This document shows, piece by piece, positions 25,408 to 32,000 of a stretch of 32,000 bases of DNA. Source of the DNA: an uncultured Desulfobacterales bacterium (GTDB taxonomy: Bacteria > Desulfobacterota > DSM-4660 > Desulfatiglandales > HGW-15); the NCBI GenBank assembly GCA_964647905.1, contig CAZYJR010000030.1:5042-37041 (forward strand), written 5' to 3'. The notes beneath the pieces were generated by a model. It was not told the DNA's origin, did not search any database, and saw only the letters and a program-made list of their open reading frames with translations. The number at the start of each line of letters is the position of its first letter. Position 1 is the first letter of the stretch. The translations under genes and the position numbers were made by a program.

Positions 25408-27249
25408 TCAGGCCCTCTCCAGGATCGTTACCAATCCGCTCTCTCCGTCTATCCTGATCAGGTCCCCGGTCTTGATGAACGAGGTGGCCCTGCCGGTCCC
25501 CACCACCGTCGGCAGGGCATACTCCCGGGCGATGATGGCCGCATGGCACATGGACCCTCCCACGTCCGTGACCGCGCCCTTGATCTTGGTAAAGGCGGGA
25601 GCCCAACTGGGGGCCGTGGTGCTCGCCACCAGGATCTCGCCGTCCTGGAGCTCTGCCAGGCCCTCCACGGTCCGGATGACCCGGGCCCTGCCTTCGGCTA
25701 CGCCCGAAGAGCCGGGCGCTCCGACCAGCTCGTTCTCCTCGCCCTCGCCCGCCGGTTCACTGCCGGCAAGCCACTGCTTGAGCACATCCGTTGTAACGCC
25801 CCAGAGCATTATGGTGAAGGGCTCGGTGACCACCTCCGGGGGTACGCCCAGGGCCGGGGGCGGGCTCCACTCCCTGAATTTCTCCAGCACCTCCCTGCAC
25901 CACCTGATCTCCGGCGGCCAATAGGAGGGCCCTCTGGGCTTCACTCCGGTAGCCCAGGCGGTCGCGTAATCCCACAGGGCGTCCCGTATCTCCCCCCGCT
26001 TGAGGTACCAGATGTCCTCCTTGTCCTCCATGAATCCGGCCCCCTGGAGTATGGCCGCCACTTCCCTGACCTTGTTCCAGAAGACGCTGTGGAACCAGTT
26101 CTCCACGTAGAAGATGTGGTTCTCCGCGTAGGGGTATACGAGGCGGGCAATGGAGAGGGTCTTGTCAAAGGTCTCCCGGTCCTCAGGGGTTTGGATCAGC
26201 GAGCGGTACTCATCCACCACCTTGTCCCTCTCCCGGACCAGCCGTCCCGTGGGCCGGTCGATCTCCTTTCCTGACTTGAGGGCGTTTACGTGCATCCGGA
26301 TGGAGGTTATTGGGACATCCAGTTTGTCGTTCCAAGAGGCGTGGTGATGATACCAGCCAGTTCCGGTGGAGATGTAGAACCAGGGGTATCTTGCCTTTTC
26401 CAGCTCGGCCAGCCATTTCCCGCCTTCAGGCTTCTTCTTCAGCTCCTCCATCAGGGTATCCGCTTCCAGCGGCTCCAGGAGCAGATCTTCTATCCCCAGC
26501 TCGAGACCCAGCTTGGCCAGCCTTATCAGCTCCGCATTGGGCCTCATGATCATGGCGTCTATGCCTGATACCATTTTGGTCACCGTCTCCATCGGGACAT
26601 TGGGGAAGATCTGCCGGACGGTGTCGCTGAAGGTGAGAAAGGCCGCATAGCAGAGATTCAGCATCTCGAAGTGGTACTGCCAGCACTTGAAGCCCATATC
26701 AATCAAATTGTCATACTTGCGCATGAGGTGGTATCCGCTCCCGGTGCCCCTGTTCTCGAACACGATGGACTTGTCCTCCACCTCTGGGAGGGGCTGAAAG
26801 GATACCGCCTCGAGCTGGTCCAGGAGCCCCTTCATCCTCCCTTCCCATTCGGAGTAGAGGCTGTCCCAATTGTCATAGTAGTACCCGGCCCGCTCCATGA
26901 ACACGGGCACCCGGGCCTCCACCTCTTTCGGGTCGTCGATGCCTATGGGAGTGATGTACACATAGCCGTTTACGATCCGGTGCTCGATACCCTTTGCCGG
27001 CGGCACCAGAAAGGTCCTGGTGTTGTTCTGGGACAGGGCCAGGAACCAGGCCTCGTCCCAGATCAGGTCAAAGGGCGGGTGGGGCTCGGGATAGTGGAGC
27101 CCGTCGTAGTACCAGAGCTGATTGCTCTCATGTGCCGCCCGCTCCGGGTCGTCCTTGGTGAAGAGGTAATGATAAGGATACATCCTCTCCCAGCCCTCGG
27201 TTCCCGGTATGGTGGGGACATCGTGCGGATCCGTGAATTTTGCAGCCAT
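25408..27249 (-). CDS. PEP-utilizing mobile-domain protein; phenylphosphate synthase alpha-like (copy 2, without an adjacent ATP-binding subunit)
   Basis: 613 aa collinear with copy 1: PHDVPTIPGTEGWERMYPYHYLFTKDD; catalytic motif GGSMCHAAIIAREYALPTVVGTG, His569 codon at 25543..25545. Confidence 0.9.
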   Translation of the reverse strand: MAAKFTDPHDVPTIPGTEGWERMYPYHYLFTKDDPERAAHESNQLWYYDGLHYPEPHPPFDLIWDEAWFLALSQNNTRTFLVPPAKGIEHRIVNGYVYITPIGIDDPKEVEARVPVFMERAGYYYDNWDSLYSEWEGRMKGLLDQLEAVSFQPLPEVEDKSIVFENRGTGSGYHLMRKYDNLIDMGFKCWQYHFEMLNLCYAAFLTFSDTVRQIFPNVPMETVTKMVSGIDAMIMRPNAELIRLAKLGLELGIEDLLLEPLEADTLMEELKKKPEGGKWLAELEKARYPWFYISTGTGWYHHHASWNDKLDVPITSIRMHVNALKSGKEIDRPTGRLVRERDKVVDEYRSLIQTPEDRETFDKTLSIARLVYPYAENHIFYVENWFHSVFWNKVREVAAILQGAGFMEDKEDIWYLKRGEIRDALWDYATAWATGVKPRGPSYWPPEIRWCREVLEKFREWSPPPALGVPPEVVTEPFTIMLWGVTTDVLKQWLAGSEPAGEGEENELVGAPGSSGVAEGRARVIRTVEGLAELQDGEILVASTTAPSWAPAFTKIKGAVTDVGGSMCHAAIIAREYALPTVVGTGRATSFIKTGDLIRIDGESGLVTILERA

Positions 27250-27267
27250 CGTGCTTCCCTCCTTCTC

Positions 27268-27280
27268 TATTCATTGAATA
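27268..27280. promoter_or_regulatory. Short inverted repeat upstream of alpha-like copy 2
   Basis: TATTCA-T-TGAATA, 6-bp arms. Confidence 0.25.
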
Positions 27281-27535
27281 AGAAAGGTCATTGCTTCGGC
27301 CTCACCCTTTTGAAGGAGCAGCAAAGCACAGCAGGTAATGAGCGGACAGGCCGGGTCGTGCCGGATGAGGGGCTATGACGCGCGGGTCTTGCAGTCGGAG
27401 ACTCGGGCTCACTCCGGTTTCCGCCGTACGGTCTCCACTCAGGGCGGAGAGCGGGCCCCGGCCGACCTTAATATTACCTTAAAAGTAGGAATTATGGATA
27501 CTTGAAGGGCCATGGCCCGGCTCTCCTCCGGGAAA

Positions 27536-27567
27536 GGCCTGCGGCGGCGCTGGGGCCGTCGCAGGCC
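27536..27567 (-). terminator. Strong hairpin downstream of the molybdoenzyme stop codon
   Basis: GGCCTGCGGCGGC-GCTGGG-GCCGTCGCAGGCC: 12 of 13 Watson-Crick pairs, 6-nt loop; only TTT follows on the minus strand. Confidence 0.5.
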
Positions 27568-27581
27568 TGTTTCGGTCGGTC

Positions 27582-29791
27582 TCAGCGGGTCAACGGGGTC
27601 TCTCCGGAGAAGTCCTTCACCTTGTAGACCTTGCACTGGTAGGTCCTGAGCGGCCAGGAGCCCAGGGCCTCGTCGCAGGTCTCTTCGGTGCTCGAGGTGC
27701 AGACGTTGATGTTGGACAGCCACACCCCGTGCAGCCACGGCTCCTCTCCCGGCATCTCCGGGTACCACCACCCGTGCTGCCCGTGGACCACCCTGGGATC
27801 CAGGTCTTGGTCCAGGATCGCCTTCTGCATCACTCTTCCGTGCTTGGTCTCTATCCAGACCCAATCGCCGTCGGCTATGCCGAACTCGGCCGCCGTGTCC
27901 GGGTGGATCTGCATCCTGGCCCAGGGATAACGCTTCCTCAGGGTCTCCACCTGCCGGTGCTCGGAGTGGAAGAACGGGTGGAAGCGCCCGCCCGTAATCA
28001 GCACCAGCGGGTAGTCGCTCGCCAGCTCGGGGGTACGGGAGAAGCTCTCCGGCGGTTCGTGGTATCGGGGGAGGGGGTCGTAGCCCAGGGTCTCCATAAC
28101 GGTGGAGTAGAGCTCGATCTTGCCGGTTGGAGTCCCGAATCCGGTCTTTTCATACTTCTTGTACTCGTATTTTTCAGGAGCCCATTTCCCCATTTTCACC
28201 AGCTCTTCGAATGTCTTGCCCATGGGGGAGAGCCTGTAGTCGTAGTAGTCCTCTACGGTCTCCCAGGGCCAGTACTCCTCCTGTCCCAGCCTGATGCCCA
28301 GGCCCCGCCAGAAGTCGAAGTCGTTTCTCCTGTCGTACATCCCGGGTATGGACGCGGGAAGTGCAGCTTCCCCGGCCCTTATCACCGGTGTGGTGTTGTG
28401 GTAGTTCCACAGGAAGGAGCGCTCCAGCCACAAGGCGCTCGGGAGCACGTAGTCCGCCATTTGAGCGCTCGGCGTCATGAAGTAGTCGACCACCACGTAG
28501 AGATCCAGGCTCTTCAGGGCCTTGTGCACCAGCTTGGTATCGGGGATGGTCACCATTGGGTTGGAGGAAAGGGTGATCAAGGCCCGCACCGGGTAGGGGT
28601 CGGAGTAGGCGATGGCCTTATAGAGCGAAGGCGCCGGGGCCATGCAGGTGTAGCCGAACATGTCGCAGCGTTTGCCCCATACCTTCTCCACGTTGCTCTG
28701 TACCAGCTCATAGCCCGGCCATGTATAGAGCCTGAACTGGTTGCCCAGGATCTTCTTCCTCTGCTCCTTGGGCAGGGCCTCGGCCAGCTCTATCTCGTGC
28801 TCCGTGATGAAGGGGGCGGCCCCATGAGCTCTTCTCCGCCCTTTACGTCCACGTTGCCCACTATGGCCGATATGATGTGCCTGGCGGCCAAGGCCCCGTA
28901 GGAGTTGGGTTGATGGGCCACGCCCATCCCCTCCATGGCGCAGGACGGCGTCTCTGTGGCGAACATCCTGGCCGCCTTTACTATCTGCTCGCCCGGGACC
29001 CACGTGATCTCCGAGGCCTTGTCCACCGGGTATTCGGCCGCCCGCTCAGCCAGCTCCTCGAACCCGTGGCACCAGTTGGTCACAAAGTCCCGGTCGTAGA
29101 GTTTCTCCTCGATGATCACGTTGATCATGGACATGAGTAGGGCGCAGTCGGTCCCGGGCCGGATCCTCAGCCACAGGTCCGCGGCCTCTGCGGATTCCGA
29201 CTTCCTGGGGTCCACCACGATCAGCTTGGTCCCTCTCTCCTTTGCCGCCATCACCCCCTCCCATATGGTCTGGTGAGTGTGGGGCGGGTTCCGGCCGATC
29301 AGCATGACGCACCTGGTGCTGCCCAGCTTCTCCGTGTTCATCCAATAGGGCCACCAGCCGTAAAGGGTGGTGGCCACCACCGCTGAGTTGCCGTGGCAGA
29401 TCTGGGCTTGGCCGCACTGGTTGGGGCTGCCGAAAAGGTTCAGGAACCTCGAGTTGAGCTCTTCGTAGGTCCTGCTGGTACCTGCGGTCACGCCCAGGGT
29501 TTCAGCGCCGTAGCGGTCCTTGAGCTCCTGGAGCTTCCACGCGATCTCGTCCAGGGCCTCGTCCCAGGTTATGCGCTGCCACTCGTTCGCCCCGCGGTCA
29601 CCCCGTCTCTTCAGCGGGTAGTTCAGACGGCCCGGGTGATAGAACCTCTCCAGGTCCGAGCAGTACTTGCGGGGGCAGGCCTTGATGGGCGATCTCTCGA
29701 TCTTGACCAAGCGGTTGTCTTCCACTTCCACTGCCAAGCGGCACCTGGGCTTGCACCAGAAACAGATGGAGTGCTTCACTTCCTTGGGCAT
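27582..29791 (-). CDS. Molybdopterin oxidoreductase (DMSO reductase family), interrupted by an apparent 1-nt frameshift in the G run at 28812..28816
   Basis: N-terminal half (ORF 28790..29851; start MPKEVKHSICFWCKPRCRLAVEVEDNRL...KACPRKYC, QAQICHGNS) and C-terminal half (ORF 27582..29003; TEHEIELAEALPKEQRKKILG...ALWLERSFLWNY...LITGGRFHPFFHSEHRQVETLRK) join in frame if one nt is added; 2210 nt plus 1 equals 737 codons. Confidence 0.85.
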
Positions 29792-30013
29792 TACATCACC
29801 TCCTCGGGTAGGGTTTATAAGCGGGAGCTCCATCTCCCGGGCTGAGGTCAAGCTCTCACATGCCGTTGCCGCTGATCAAATCAATTGATTTTTCAGGATC
29901 TCTAAGTTTTTCTTAGAGCCGGCCCCCGGTTCAGCGCCCTTTCCCCTGGACGGCCGGGGAAGGCGTGGGTATGGTTTGCATCAAGTCGGGTCCCATATCG
30001 GAGGAGCGCTCAA

Positions 30014-30763
30014 ATGCGGAGGGGTGAGGCGAGCCGTAGCACCGGGTGGTTCCCGGCCTTGATCCTCTTGGTTCAGGTGACGCTTATTGCCGCCTGCGGC
30101 GGGGACAGGCCTCCTGAGGAGATCCTGGGGAGGTGGATCACCGAGTCCCCACGCTGCCCGATGTGCGCCATGGAGATAGAAAGCGAGACCATCACCTTCT
30201 CAAGGGGCCTGAGTCACATCACCATAAACCCCATAAAGGACGTGGAACGCCGGGCGGAGGCAGGCAAAGTCCTCTACGAGATACACTACGAGGGGCAGGA
30301 CGGAGGGGACTTCGTTCTGAGTCTTTACTACTTTCCGGACCGGGACGTGATCCGGTTCAAGCATCAGAAGGAGATGCTCTGGGTCAGGGGCGAGGAGGAC
30401 CATGCCAATTTCCCCTTGCATTTTCCCGTTTCAAGAGATTTGCTGTGCTGCCGATGGAAAGTGAATAGACCCGACCGGCCTTCCGCCGCCCTCTTGCAAC
30501 TGGAGAATGGCTGTGGACGTGATCGTCACTCACAAGAACACCGACTTCGACGCAGCGGCCTCCGCCTTCGCCGCCCAGGTGATTTACCCGGGGGCCGTTA
30601 CCGTGTTGCCCGCCGACTTGAATCCCAACGTCAAGCAGTTCCTATCCATACACAAGGACCTGTTTGCCTGGTCCCTGCCCAGGGAGATACAGTGGGATCG
30701 AGTCAGCCGCCTGGTGGTGGTGGACACCAACGACTGGAAGCGTCTGGACGGTGTGAGGCTTGA
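30014..30763 (+). CDS. Predicted lipoprotein of unknown function; annotated C-terminus doubtful (reads 257 nt into the next gene)
   Basis: Signal peptide with lipobox LIAAC-GG; CPMCAMEIESETITFSRG. A neighbouring frame would stop at 30468 (...VLPMESE*). Confidence 0.5.
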   Translation: MRRGEASRSTGWFPALILLVQVTLIAACGGDRPPEEILGRWITESPRCPMCAMEIESETITFSRGLSHITINPIKDVERRAEAGKVLYEIHYEGQDGGDFVLSLYYFPDRDVIRFKHQKEMLWVRGEEDHANFPLHFPVSRDLLCCRWKVNRPDRPSAALLQLENGCGRDRHSQEHRLRRSGLRLRRPGDLPGGRYRVARRLESQRQAVPIHTQGPVCLVPAQGDTVGSSQPPGGGGHQRLEASGRCEA

Positions 30764-31814
30764 TACCGAGGCTCCCCCTCCGGAGATCCACCTCTGGGAC
30801 CACCACCTCTCTCCGGCCACCATTGAGGCCGACTGGGAGCACTGCGTGGCCGTGGGGGCCGTCGCCACCCTGTTCGCCCGGCGAATGGAAGACGAGGCCG
30901 TCCCCATCTCGCCCATACAGGCCACGTTATTTCTGGCGGGCATTTACGAGGATACCGGCAATCTCACCTTCCCTTCCACCACACCGGTGGACGCCCGGGC
31001 CGTGGCCTTCCTGCTCAAGAGGAAGGCGGAAGTCGAGATCGTCAACACCTTTCTCAGGCCCGCCTACGGGCCCAAGCAAAAGGACGTACTGTTCGGGATG
31101 CTCCAGGAGGCGGAGCGCTCAAAGGTCAACGGCTACAACGTGAGCGTGAACCACTGCGAGATCAACGGCCACGTCCAGGGCCTGGCCCTGGTGGTGGAGA
31201 TGTACCGCGACATCATGAACGTGGACGCCGCCTTCGGCATCTTCACCGAGCCGGCCAGAAACCGCACCATGGTGATAGGCCGGAGCGCGGTCGACGGCAT
31301 CAACGTGGGGGCGGTCATGCGGGCCATCGGCGGCGGCGGACACCCCGGAGCGGGCTCCGCCCTGATGAAGAAAGCCCCGCCCCCCGAGCACATCCGCTCT
31401 CACCTCCTGGAGCTCATCGAGGGCAACCAGAGACCGGTGGTTCGAATAGGGGACCTGATGTCGTTCCCGGTCTTCACGGTCTCCGAGGACACCCCCATGA
31501 GCGAGGCCGCCCGGATCTTGAGAGACAAGGGATGCACAGGCCTACCCGTGGTCCGGGGCGAGGAGCTTGTCGGGGTGATCTCCAGGCGGGATTTCAAGAA
31601 GTTCCGCGGCCGCGGCAAGAAGGATCCCCCGGTAAAGGCCTTCATGTCCACAAACGTCCAAACCATAGACCCCGCCCAGAGCGTCATGCAGGCGGCCCGC
31701 ATCATGGTCAAGAACGACATCGGCCGCCTCCCGGTCATAGACAACGGAAGGCTCATCGGCATCGTCACCCGCTCCGACACCATGCGCTACTACTACGACC
31801 TCCTCCCCGACTGA
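30507..31814 (+). CDS. DHH-family phosphoesterase fused to two C-terminal CBS domains
   Basis: VIVTHKNTDFDAAASAFAAQVIYPGA, IHLWDHH, GGGGHPGAGSA (DHHA1-like), then CBS repeats IGDLMSFPVFTVSEDTPMSEAARIL...GVISRRDFKKF and KAFMSTNVQTIDPAQSVMQAARIM...GIVTRSDTM. Confidence 0.9.
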   Translation: MAVDVIVTHKNTDFDAAASAFAAQVIYPGAVTVLPADLNPNVKQFLSIHKDLFAWSLPREIQWDRVSRLVVVDTNDWKRLDGVRLDTEAPPPEIHLWDHHLSPATIEADWEHCVAVGAVATLFARRMEDEAVPISPIQATLFLAGIYEDTGNLTFPSTTPVDARAVAFLLKRKAEVEIVNTFLRPAYGPKQKDVLFGMLQEAERSKVNGYNVSVNHCEINGHVQGLALVVEMYRDIMNVDAAFGIFTEPARNRTMVIGRSAVDGINVGAVMRAIGGGGHPGAGSALMKKAPPPEHIRSHLLELIEGNQRPVVRIGDLMSFPVFTVSEDTPMSEAARILRDKGCTGLPVVRGEELVGVISRRDFKKFRGRGKKDPPVKAFMSTNVQTIDPAQSVMQAARIMVKNDIGRLPVIDNGRLIGIVTRSDTMRYYYDLLPD

Positions 31815-32000
31815 CCCCGACGGCTGCAAGCTGGATTCAGGATCCCATCCGGATCGCCGTGGTATCACAATTGCATAAGACAACTGTCAATCCCGGCAAG
31901 GAGAATCGGATCCGGGAGGAAAATCCCCTTTTGAGCGAAGGGTTGAACATGGCCTTGATTCCCTCTTACGGGAGGCAAAGAAAGGGATACCTGGCTGTCG

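Noticed and set aside
27507-27518. GGGCCATGGCCC 12-bp palindrome
   Set aside because: Short GC-rich palindrome with no supporting context; plausible by chance.
27729-28901. 390-aa plus-strand ORF opposite the molybdoenzyme
   Set aside because: Shadow ORF; the opposite strand carries recognisable molybdopterin oxidoreductase sequence.
28790-29003. Programmed ribosomal frameshift in the molybdoenzyme
   Set aside because: The run is short, no classical slippery heptamer or required downstream element was evident, and a single missing homopolymer base explains it more simply.
1-32000. CRISPR arrays, rRNA, tRNA, transposases or integrases
   Set aside because: None recognised by reading; no direct repeat/spacer pattern or IS-type ORF was seen. 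This is a manual reading, not a computed search.
31949-32000. Possible start of another gene (MALIPSYGRQRKGYLAV...) at the right edge
   Set aside because: Too short to support; no domain evidence within the window.

Overview
This window is bacterial; gene content suggests a strict anaerobe of the Desulfobacterota/deltaproteobacterial type (inference). The centre is a long minus-strand gene run (about 17.26 to 4.73 kb, transcribed right to left) that looks like an anaerobic phenol/aromatic activation module. In transcription order it encodes: a phenylphosphate-synthase-like alpha subunit (phospho-His swivelling domain, His570), its ATP-binding beta-like partner, a UbiD-family (de)carboxylase, an aryl/acyl-CoA ligase, a Tm-1-like (UPF0261) protein, a two-CBS-domain protein resembling phenylphosphate synthase gamma, a UbiX-family flavin prenyltransferase, and a three-subunit xanthine-oxidase-family (hydroxybenzoyl-CoA-reductase-like) enzyme. 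A divergent LysR regulator sits upstream. A second, apparently orphan, alpha-like paralog (25408..27249) lies next to a paralogous LysR and a DMSO-reductase-family molybdoenzyme that is broken by an apparent 1-nt homopolymer indel. The left end carries a TRAP transporter, a PaaK-like CoA ligase and an XRE-cupin regulator in visibly lower-GC DNA. Other loci: a CysRS paralog with substituted zinc-site residues, a 41-aa AbrB-like protein missed by the ORF track, a Tm-1-like/Fe-S protein pair, ArfB, an AbiEii-like nucleotidyltransferase toxin with an upstream overlapping ORF, and a DHH-CBS protein. No CRISPR array, rRNA or tRNA was recognised. All family calls come from reading motifs by eye; no database search was run.
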